Below, piece after piece: positions 1-11,257 of a stretch of 64,000 bases of DNA. Under the pieces are notes generated by a model. That model made no database searches. It saw only the letters and a list, made by a program, of their open reading frames with translations, and was not told the origin of the DNA. Position numbers and translations under genes: made by a program. The stretch lies in the NCBI GenBank assembly GCA_964035545.1, contig OZ037772.1, positions 3,997,538-4,061,537 of the forward strand, given 5' to 3'. Each line of letters starts with the position of its first letter. Within the stretch, counting starts at the first letter, position 1. This DNA comes from Bugula neritina. Taxonomy: Eukaryota > Animalia > Bryozoa.

Positions 1-526
1 CAACTGAAACTTGTAAGTAAAGGAATGAAGAGCTCAATTGAGTATAAAATGTAGAGAATAATTGAACTGAACCTTCCTTATGGCCAACTGGTGTGTCATC
101 GACATACGTTACTACAGCCTTCTCCTTTTTCTCTTTCACTTTTTTCTAGAAAAAAAAAAATCAAATTTGAAGAAAATAAAATGGAAATTGTTAGCTACAG
201 ATACAGACAACTTCCAGTTAAAAGTACAGCCATACAGTCGCAATACGAATATGCAATTCAAGTAACACTTTCATGTAGAAGTACAACCATAAATCTGAAT
301 AGAAAGTAACACAAATATATACATTTAGGAGCAGTAGTGTAGAAATCGAGATAGCCTAGGTTCTTTAATCTTATTATCAAATTTTGGTTTGGGGTTTGGG
401 TTGACAATCTTACAAAAACACAACTTCTTATGCTACATTTCTAATCTAAAACACAGGCTTTCTCAATTTTTCCATTACTGCACCTACCTTAGTATATATA
501 GAACCTGTAACTAACTAAACAGACAC

Positions 527-679
527 CTCAGTAGTCATGGCAGACTCTGCCTTCTGTTTAGCCTGCTTAGCTTGAAACTTGGCTAGTTTAGCAGCTTTAG
601 CAGCTTCTTTCTTCAACTCTTTCTCAGATTTTACCTTGACCTCGCCAGTTGGCGCATCACCAGGGTTCACTTCCGACAT
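527..679 (-). CDS. VARS1: First coding exon of probable cytosolic valyl-tRNA synthetase; gene continues off the left end of the window
   Basis: ATG at 679 gives MSEVNPGDAPTGEVKVKSEKELKKEAAKAAKLAKFQAKQAKQKAESAMTTE and ends at a GAG|gtgtct donor. The KSEKELKKEAAKAAKLAKFQAKQ segment resembles the Lys-rich N-terminal extension of eukaryotic ValRS. Only one exon is visible. Confidence 0.65.
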
Positions 680-1660
680 GTTCGTTTATTGTGAGACTTT
701 CCTTAAAACACAATCAGCCGGCATGGAACTAATAGATATCTCAATACTAAACATACAAACTACTGACCCAGTATAGTTATAGACAGATATATTAATACTA
801 ATAATATAAACTAATGGCTCAGTATTGCGTTAGTTATGCGTGGGGGTTCAGTGATAACACGCCTATAAACCACACAGTTCAATAATGAAAGACTGTGACT
901 TTTCACGAACAGACATCTCATCTCTGATTCTAATGAAAAATCACGAAATTTTCAGACAAACGATACTGCATTTCAACTTTGTGACTATCACATGATAATA
1001 ATCATTGTCATTTGAAAGATTCTGCTAAAATCGAAATGCCAATGTTAATCACAAGGTCAACCATAAATGACTCAGTCTGATGACTGACGGTTATGCTTAA
1101 TGATTAATTAGTAATATGAATAGATTGCAAGTGATCAGCATGATGATGGTGATTATTGCTTTTCACCATCAAAGGTCAAACTTTGTAATTGCAGCTTGAA
1201 ATGTAAAATTAAAATATTACTTTTATTTAATTAAAAGAGTATAACTTACTATCATAACAACATTCAACTTTATGTAGTCATTATGAACATGATAATGGTT
1301 TACCTTTTACTTTAGATGATAATTATACTATTCACGATTATCATTATGTCTACCATTATGATTATCTCAACTTTAACTTATCAATTACGATAATTAACCA
1401 TTTATTTTCAATGATAAAAACTTAAATCATTGAATGAACACTAAAAGTAATTTAAATTCACACTTTTATTATCATAACTATCAAATTAATATTAATAGGC
1501 ATATTTGATTTTTAGATTACAATAATAATTATCAAATCATGGTATAGAATTAAATATTATAGTTAATACTATTATAAATATAATTAATATAATTGTATTT
1601 ATTGAAACTAAAACAGTAAGGTAAACTAAATAAATTATCGACATGAGTGTGAGTATGAGT

Positions 1661-2296
1661 AGGCCACAACTAGAAGGTGCAGCAGCAATTTGAGATCCCC
1701 GTTTGCAATACCTCATCAAAGATATAGAACAGGTGCAAAATAATGCAATCAGATTCATTGCTAAATTGAAAGGCAGAGACAGTATCACTGTGGCACGTGA
1801 CAAACTAAACCTAGAATCTCTCCCCGACAGACGCTTCAAGCTGAGGCACAAGTTACTGTTGCGACTTCTATCTAATGAGGGAAATCAGGCATCTCTAACC
1901 AACTCCTATGAACTGATGAACAGTAAAACCTAAAATACTAGGTTTACTAAGGCATCAAGCAGGGACGATCCTCCAACCATTTTTGCAAAATCAGCAGCCT
2001 ACTACAGCAGCTTCTTTCCAAAAACAGCCCGAGAGCTTAAGTCTATGCTAAATAATTAGTCAATGCACCAGAGTTGTATATGTGCAACATACTGAAAATA
2101 CTTGCTAGCCTGTAATCGGCAACTGTAGAGGTGTGCCTCTTGCTACATGCTCTAATGCGTGTAAGAGGTAAGAGGACTATCAATATGACTATCAATATTA
2201 GTAGGAGTACCCAAGTACCAGTAGACATAGTAGCTGTAGAAAGTCTATCCCAATCAGTAACTGTAAGCCGTGAGGGCTGAGACTATAACTAGAAAT
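1661..2296 (+). mobile_element. 5'-truncated, degenerate non-LTR retrotransposon (CR1/L2-like) ORF2 C-terminus plus 3' UTR
   Basis: RPQLEGAAAI*DPRLQYLIKDIEQVQNNAIRFI...LESLPDRR...SFFPKTARE matches the conserved post-RT C-terminal motifs of CR1/L2-type LINEs; contains stops. Confidence 0.8.
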
Positions 2297-3607
2297 ATAA
2301 AAAACTATAACTTGAGTATAACTAATTGAAGGTGAGTTAACATAAATTAAAAAATAATAAATATAATTACTACAAAATCAAAATGAAATATGCATTATGA
2401 TTATAAATATTTATATTTTTATTTTATAATAATTTTTTAATTTATTTATATCCTTTTATTTAGGTTCATCACCTTTCATTATGATTATTGAAATTCATAA
2501 ATCATATTCATAACGATAATGATAATCACTTAAAAAAAATTGATAAACCCATAATCATAATGATATTGATTATTATCATCATTTATCGCTTATCAGTGAT
2601 AATCACAATCATAACGATGATCTTGATCATAATCAATATGAATATCAATATCATGTTATACTTATTCAATAATTATAATTGATTGATTCTTATTCATATT
2701 AATAATGAATAAAAAATTATATTAACACTACAACTTTAACTTACAGTTACTTAATTAGAGTATTAGTATTAGTATTACTATTACTATTAGTATTACTTAC
2801 AACTTGCTTATGCAAGAGAATTAAATCTTTAAAGCGTAGCATCCTTTTCAAGCAAAATAAGGATAATAAGTTTCGTCAAATTGAGTTAAAAACTACAACT
2901 TATAAGTCACAAGTATAAAGCAACTTATGCTCAGTCATCACTAATCCTAGTGGGTACGGCAAGCATATAGCATAATTTATTTCACAATGCGACAAGATTA
3001 TCTAGACGGTGCGCTTACGCCTCTCATTGTACTTAAGCAATATCCAATCGTACGGTTTTTATGACTTTAAAATCCGTTTTTGAGAAGCAAGGCCAGTGTG
3101 GTATATTAAGAGTGTTGACTTTAAACCATGAAAAATCATTATGTCGCTAATGGTACCGCAAGTTCATATAAGTTATAAAGGAAAAATTTTGCCACTTTTG
3201 TGATTTTATTTTTTTTTTTATATTATGTGTCCATTTTTTTTAGTTTTGTTTATTGGTAAAGTTTTTAAACATATTTTCCATACATATAAAATTTAAAAAA
3301 AAATTAAAACTTAATCGTGCACGTAAATACAAAGCTATATGTAATAGTATTATACTTGAAGTTCACTGAAATATCTTTATTTTGAAAGCACAACTAATCA
3401 CTACGAACACATTTCTAAGACAGACAACATATATTATATAAACCACAAAGATGAAGGAATTTAGGACATAAAGGAAAACCACACAACAGCTATAATAATA
3501 TTTACAAAACGGTTACACAACTGCATGATGCAATGTCATGCACATTACATTTCCCCCTGATCTTATCAGATCAAACAGATATATAATAAAACAAAAAGAA
3601 AAAACGT

Positions 3608-6600
3608 TTAGTCATCTACATAAAAGTCTGCTAACCACCTAGGTGGCCGTCTATCTCTTACTGGTCGATCAATCACTTCGTCTACACTTTCACCTTCCTC
3701 AACATTTTCACCTTCCTCAACATTTTCACCATCCACAACTCTATTTGCATCTGCATCCTCATCAGCATTATCTGGGCTCAGGTTAATTTCAATGTCTCCA
3801 TGTACCTGAGATTGCTGTTTTGTACTGGACGAAACGTCACCACTTTCCCTGTTCCCTGCATTAGCCAGTCGGACATCACTTATATGTCGTGTCATACCAT
3901 CTACCATCACCGCAGTGTTTGACACAACCCTGGTAATCATGCCCTGTGGCCATGCAGTTGTGCATTTAGAATTCACAGGTTTTACATAAACTTTGTCTCC
4001 TACATTGTAGGGGTTTTTTGTAATGTCTGTGGGCTTGCCTATTGCTGATGGTGATACTTTAGGCAGCTTTACATCATAACTGTATAAACTTTGTGAGGGT
4101 ACTACATTGTTACTATTTGGGGTGTTGTTGTACCAAAATACCATATTTTCTATTGAAGATCTAGTTCGAGCTGCCATTCTTTTTATAGTCCTGTGATTGC
4201 GCTCTATGACACCATTCCCAGATGCTCTATAAGCACAGCTAAATATGTGCTGTACATCCCATTGCCTCAGTAGCTGTTCCAATCTGTCACTTCTGAAACA
4301 TGGTCCGTTGTCTGACAGTAACTCTGTTGGTGGACCACGTTGCTGAAACACCTTTAGTAGCTGATTTACCACAGAGTCAGCAGTCTCATTCTGCAACTTT
4401 ATCCACACAGCGAATCTACTTGGGCCACAGTCGATAATAGTCAAGTATGGTACACGATTATAATGACTCACATCCATTGCCAGCCTATACCAATTCTCAT
4501 TGACCTCCAGAACTCCTCTTTCCCATTGCACTGGAGAAGGATCAATACTCCTGCACACAGCACATTCCTTGACTACTCTTTCAACTAACTCCTTGTCTAT
4601 GCCTCCTCCGAATTTACATTTAGCTAAATAAAATGTTCTTTCAATGCCCAAATGATGCATTCCATGCAGCTTGGCTATTTCATCCTTCAGGTCAGCTACA
4701 TCAGGAGTTGTCACACCTGCACTTGCACAGGTTATTCGCTTACTAAGCCATGCTGAACTCACCCGTGTCAGAGCATCCGCCCAATTCTCAGCTGATTTCA
4801 CTAAATGTATTTTTAATGACAGCTTGTACTCTTCTATCAGTTCTGCTATAACACCTAACCTACGTTTCACAATCATCTCATTCATGCCATTAACTTTTGG
4901 TCTGACACTATCATTGATTACAGATGTGACCCACCTGAATACTGACATTGAATCGGTTTTCACTACAATGTTGCATAGATTCCATTTTAAAGCCAGATTT
5001 AGGCCTTTTACCACAGCTTCTAACTCTGCTACATTAATGTGGGTGCAATCATCGGGTTTTCTCATCCACGAAGCATCCTCCACTATCTGGCCATCTATTT
5101 GCACAGACACCCCTATTGCCAAACTGCTTGCATCACACCATACAGTGCCTGCATCAGTATTAGCCACATGCCACTTTCCTTTCACAGGATCAGATTTTGC
5201 AACTCTATCTAATGTCTCTAACAACATTTTTTGGACGTGGTCAGACACAGCACTATCCCACATATCTGATTGCGTCAACCTTTTCATAAAACTGCATGCT
5301 ACCCTAAGCCACCCTGCTACAGGAAAATGTCCAGTCAGTTTACCACACACCGAAAACAGCTCTCGCTTGCTTATGTTGCTATTTGACTCAAGAGATGGGA
5401 GCTCACCATCACGCTGCCAGCTATAACATGACATGCCGCCTCTCCACCCCTCTCTAACCCTTAGCCCTAAAACTCTAGCATTACTCAGTTTCTCTGGTTC
5501 TTTAGTTACCAAACCAAACTTCAACAAATGATTTCGAACTACTTCTACCGAAACAACAGTCTCATCAACTATAATGTCATCTATATAACTATCAGTACCT
5601 TTGCGTATAGTGTCATCTTGAGCCAAGACTGTAGATAAAACTTTTGACATGATTTTAGGCGCCACATTTAAACCAAAACCTAACCTAGTCATTACATAGA
5701 TCTTACCCTCATACCGTACAGCTTGGAACTTTTGCAAATCACTATCCACATGAAGTTGTAAGTAAGCTTTTCTTAGATCTAGCAAACTGGCATTGTCATC
5801 AAGTAACCTCCATTTCCTCAATTTATCCTGACAAATGGCAGTGTCACCACTGGGCTTACTGTAGATGTATTTGTTGAGTTCTCTACTATAATCCATAACA
5901 GGTCGGACCTGGGTTGGTTTATTTGGCTGGGCAGCAGCCATCAATGGTACAATTCCAGTGACTGTACCATGCAATTTATTGTCATACAATTGTAGCCATC
6001 CATCATTAATCCATTGCTGAATCTGCTCATGGTAACTCTGTTTGAATTTGTCTTTTACAGCATACTGACCACATTGATTCTGTAATATCGGCTCACCATT
6101 TTCCCATTTCCACCTCACTGTCCATTTTTTACCATCAAATTTAGCATTAAAGTCAATGTCACTAACAAAAAGTTCACCTTTACTATCACTAGTTAATGTC
6201 TTATCAAATCTATCTACTCCTACACCTACACTAACAGCACTAACTTTACCTACTTCTGTTGTTGGTTCAACTGCAGGAAACATCACTTGCTTATTCCTAG
6301 TAATTGTCACACCACCTAATTTGCTAATAGCATCCATTCCCAAAATTAAAGAGCAACCACCTACTAACATTGGAGCTATTAAACATTTTACAGAGAGACG
6401 ACGATTTCTAACCTGCACTGCTAATTGAGCTTCACCCCTACATTTAGTTATTTGTCCATTTAGCATTAAAATCCTCCGTTCAGGACCACATGGTGCAACA
6501 CCTATTTGAGTACAAAATCTTTCTAACACTACTGATTGTTCACAACCACTATCTACTAGTGCTTTTATGCCCACACTGTTTACATTTAAAGTTATTAGTG

Positions 6601-6670
6601 GTAGCACCGAATCGTAATTTAGTTGTTGGGGTGAGCATCCGGTGCTGACACTGCCCCAGCGCCGTTTCCC
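3608..6670 (-). CDS. pol: Pol (PR-RT-RNase H-IN), probably expressed by -1 frameshift from gag
   Basis: ALVDSGC (protease); LDLRKAYLQ and YIDD (RT); CDASS...AELEA...KTDS...ADALTR (RNase H); HHCC and D,D,E motifs (integrase). Domain order is Gypsy-type. Confidence 0.92.
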   Translation of the reverse strand, partial: GKRRWGSVSTGCSPQQLNYDSVLPLITLNVNSVGIKALVDSGCEQSVVLERFCTQIGVAPCGPERRILMLNGQITKCRGEAQLAVQVRNRRLSVKCLIAPMLVGGCSLILGMDAISKLGGVTITRNKQVMFPAVEPTTEVGKVSAVSVGVGVDRFDKTLTSDSKGELFVSDIDFNAKFDGKKWTVRWKWENGEPILQNQCGQYAVKDKFKQSYHEQIQQWINDGWLQLYDNKLHGTVTGIVPLMAAAQPNKPTQVRPVMDYSRELNKYIYSKPSGDTAICQDKLRKWRLLDDNASLLDLRKAYLQLHVDSDLQKFQAVRYEGKIYVMTRLGFGLNVAPKIMSKVLSTVLAQDDTIRKGTDSYIDDIIVDETVVSVEVVRNHLLKFGLVTKEPEKLSNARVLGLRVREGWRGGMSCYSWQRDGELPSLESNSNISKRELFSVCGKLTGHFPVAGWLRVACSFMKRLTQSDMWDSAVSDHVQKMLLETLDRVAKSDPVKGKWHVANTDAGTVWCDASSLAIGVSVQIDGQIVEDASWMRKPDDCTHINVAELEAVVKGLNLALKWNLCNIVVKTDSMSVFRWVTSVINDSVRPKVNGMNEMIVKRRLGVIAELIEEYKLSLKIHLVKSAENWADALTRVSSAWLSKRITCASAGVTTPDVADLKDEIAKLHGMHHLGIERTFYLAKCKFGGGIDKELVERVVKECAVCRSIDPSPVQWERGVLEVNENWYRLAMDVSHYNRVPYLTIIDCGPSRFAVWIKLQNETADSVVNQLLKVFQQRGPPTELLSDNGPCFRSDRLEQLLRQWDVQHIFSCAYRASGNGVIERNHRTIKRMAARTRSSIENMVFWYNNTPNSNNVVPSQSLYSYDVKLPKVSPSAIGKPTDITKNPYNVGDKVYVKPVNSKCTTAWPQGMITRVVSNTAVMVDGMTRHISDVRLANAGNRESGDVSSSTKQQSQVHGDIEINLSPDNADEDADANRVVDGENVEEGENVEEGESVDEVIDRPVRDRRPPRWLADFYVDD

Positions 6671-7386
6671 TGTGGGCAATTCCTACTAATATGCCCCCAA
6701 GCCTGACAATTATAGCACTGAATGCTCCATCTTCTGTATTGTTGATGATTATTGGCATTCCGATTAGCATTCATGTTCCCATTTTGACTTTTTCCCGTGT
6801 TACAGCTCCAAGCTGAATGGTGTGGTGAAAAACATTTAAAACACTTTCTAGTAACATTCCTACCAGCAGCACAGGGTGTCAAAGTGTCTACAGTTGCTGT
6901 TGATAACATTATCCTAGCTCTACCAACTAACTCTTCTAAGCTCAACTTTTCAACAGCAGCGACAGATTTTATTTGTGTAGCAACATCCACTGGCAAACCA
7001 GCAATAAATGCACATTTCAGTAAAGGCTCAGGAGTTTTCTGACCTATCAGTGTTACTAGCCTTCTCAAGTCAGCTACATAGACATCTACAGCCTCACCTT
7101 CTTTTAGACTTCTTGATCTAAGTTGATCGTAAGCACTGTAACTGCTCTCACAGAATGACGTCATCAGTTCAGCCTTTAACTTCGGAAAGTCTGATTTAAC
7201 ATCCTCTGAAAACTGCTTATACACAGCAAACGCTGGACCTGCCAAGAATAATGGCAGAAACGATGCAAGATCTTCTACTTTCTGTAACTTTGCTACTAGC
7301 TCCAGCTTCTCACACCACTCAGTAAAGTCTCCACTAACCAAACTGTCCTCATAATTTTTCACTAGATCCGACACCCTGACTGCCAT
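6619..7386 (-). CDS. gag: Gag with two CCHC zinc knuckles
   Basis: 255-aa ORF containing CFKCFSPHHSAWSC and CYNCQAWGHISRNC. Confidence 0.9.
   Translation of the reverse strand: MAVRVSDLVKNYEDSLVSGDFTEWCEKLELVAKLQKVEDLASFLPLFLAGPAFAVYKQFSEDVKSDFPKLKAELMTSFCESSYSAYDQLRSRSLKEGEAVDVYVADLRRLVTLIGQKTPEPLLKCAFIAGLPVDVATQIKSVAAVEKLSLEELVGRARIMLSTATVDTLTPCAAGRNVTRKCFKCFSPHHSAWSCNTGKSQNGNMNANRNANNHQQYRRWSIQCYNCQAWGHISRNCPQGNGAGAVSAPDAHPNN
6627..6670 (-). promoter_or_regulatory. Putative -1 ribosomal frameshift signal G_GGA_AAC with downstream stem/pseudoknot
   Basis: Heptamer at 6670-6664 sits in the gag frame (CAG GGA AAC) and its -1 frame is pol. It is followed by GCGCTG-GGG-CAGTGT and a distal CCCCA able to pair with TGGGG. 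Confidence 0.75.
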
Positions 7387-7813
7387 ATTTCTACCACTGA
7401 TAAATGCCGAAATAGCTTGTAATAGTATTATACTTGAAGTTCACTGAAATATCTTTATTTTGAAAGCACAACTAATCACTACGAACACATTTCTAAGACA
7501 GACAACATATATTATATAAACCACAAAGATGAAGGAATTTAGGACATAAAGGAAAACCACACAACAGCTATAATAATATTTACAAAACGGTTACACAACT
7601 GCATGATGCAATGTCATGCACATTACACTATAAAGTTTAAGCTTCGCTGTGATTACAATGTGAATATGAATTGAATAATGCTTGCAATAACCATTTTACA
7701 CAAAATACGTTACAGTTGCTATAAATGTAAGACTAGTAAATTGGATGCAAATAGGCACGGTAATACTATTTAACTTATGCTATTTTTGAAATTTGTAGTA
7801 AATATTCGGCATG

Positions 7814-9143
<1,330 letters not shown>

Positions 9144-11257
9144 GCCAAATATTTACTACAAAATTCAAAAATAGCATAAATTAAGTAGTATTACCGTGCC
9201 TATTTGCATCCAATCAACTAGTCTTACATTTATAGCAACTGTAACGTATTTTGTGTATAATGGTTATTGCAAGCATTATTCAATTCATATTCACATTAAA
9301 ATCACAGCGAAGCTTTAACTTTATAGCTTTGTATTTATGTGCATGATTGAGTTTTAATTTTTCTTTTAATTTTATGTGCATTAAAAATGTGTTTAAAAAC
9401 TTTACCAATAAAAAAAATTAAAAAAAATGTACACATAAAATAGAAAAAAAAATAAAATAACAAAAGTGGCAAAATTTTTCCTTTATAACTTATATAAACT
9501 CGCGGTACCAATCTCGGCATAATGGCGCCCATATGATTCCGTAAGATTTGCTAATGGCAACACTCTTAAATATACCACACTGAGCAAGGCTAGATAAAAG
9601 TTAATGATCGATATTGACTCGCTAAGAGTTTTCATGTAAACCCGCAAACTACAACTTTTAACTTGACCGCAAAGCTGGAAGTACGATAAGCGTCGCCGTA
9701 TTGATTTCAGGCGAATTTTAGTTGATTTCTTTCAAACTGCTGAGAAGTAATATTTGCTTCCATTTTATGTCTGTATCAGCCATCAGGGCTATCGCGATAC
9801 AATTTGTAATGTTACGAAATAGGATGTTTACAGATATTATAACTTGTAGTACAATCACACACAATCACAATGTCATTAACCTCAAATTAGCCTAACCACT
9901 AGCTGCTAGTAGTCTACCTAATGCTTCTTTAATCACTACCCCAAAACAGTAGCTACGCATGTAGAATGATTCATAGTCAGCAGCTATGCTTGCATCAGCT
10001 GTGATGTCACACGATGCTTGTTTACTTCAGCCCACTTCTTGAAACAGTAAGATCCTACCCCAAAATAGTAAATTGTAAAATCATACCTCTTACAACACAA
10101 TAATGTTTATCAAATGGATTAGTATATAAGACAAAACCATTTTTATTAGTTGCAATATTGTTAGAGTCATGCTGTCAGTTTGGACAGCATCAAATTTATG
10201 TAAGACTACTAAAGAGTAGCATTATTTGAAAGACTGTGCAAAGCCACAGCATTAACATAACAGTAGACTAGGAGAGAGAGAAAAGAGGTAATGAACATCT
10301 ATTTACAATTATATATCGTTATTACATTTTTATGTTATAAAGTTTTTAATAATATGGGCTGTAGTTGCATGTTATGTTGAATCATTATTTCATGCTGCTA
10401 TCTACGATTTATAATATACATTGCTAGTGCTTTTACATACATACTTATTATATTACGTACATTTTGTTTGCCTTATGCCTTATGTTGTATCATTATTATT
10501 TTAGTTTTTACGGTCAGTGTTTGGTCAGTGTTTGGTCAGTATTTGGTGACTCAAATAAACTCTGATCACGTCCAAAACCCTCCCTATTCCTAGTCAGGCT
10601 GTATAAGCTAGAGTGTCACTCTAAAGCAAGAGTCATAGCAAAGAGTGTCATTCTATAGTAAAAACTCTTTCTCAAAGTTCGGGAGTAAAAACTCTTTCTC
10701 AAAGTCCGGGAGAAAAAGCTCCATCTCAAGTCCAACAAAAGAAGTCGACAAACATAAGAAGACCATAAGGAGAACCTCACTTCTACCCACCTCAACTATA
10801 TAAACATTATTACCATTTATCAGGATTATTCTCAACTCCTCTCAACTACACACAAAGGTGACCTGGAATCAGCAGATTGGTGAGAGATTACCATATAACC
10901 CTCACCTTCACATATAAGTGACATAATTATAAAGAAAATAGTTGAATTGAAAGTTATTAGAACAGTTAGGCTTGCATGCAGTTTTATTTTTTGAAGTATT
11001 GTAATTATAGAAACTCCATTTGATAGACATTGTGTCAAAGCCCCATAAAATCAATTAGGATCTCCCTGTTTCTGATTGGGCAGTTGGGTACAATCCCTGT
11101 GCTGGCATCAGCTGTTTGTTTGCATTAGCTGTTGGCTAGTGATAATTCTTGACAAACTAGTTCAAACTAGTTTTCCTACTGAATTTAGGTTATAAAATAG
11201 CTGTAGTAAGTAAATGCATGCTTTTCACTAACTGTCTCTATTACTAACACAGCAACA

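Larger units (their letters stand above)
3340..7627 (-). mobile_element. Full-length Ty3/Gypsy-like LTR retrotransposon (4288 bp), apparently intact
   Basis: 210-bp LTRs at 3340-3549 and 7418-7627 (TG...CA, identical by eye); 5-bp TSD CTATA at 3335-3339 and 7628-7632; PPT AGGGGGAAA next to the 3' LTR; gag and pol both open. Confidence 0.95.

Noticed and set aside
579-776. Plus-strand 65-aa ORF
   Set aside because: Antisense to the ValRS-like exon.
4671-5426. 251-aa plus-strand ORF and other antisense ORFs over the pol/gag genes
   Set aside because: Shadow frames of real minus-strand coding sequence; no motifs.
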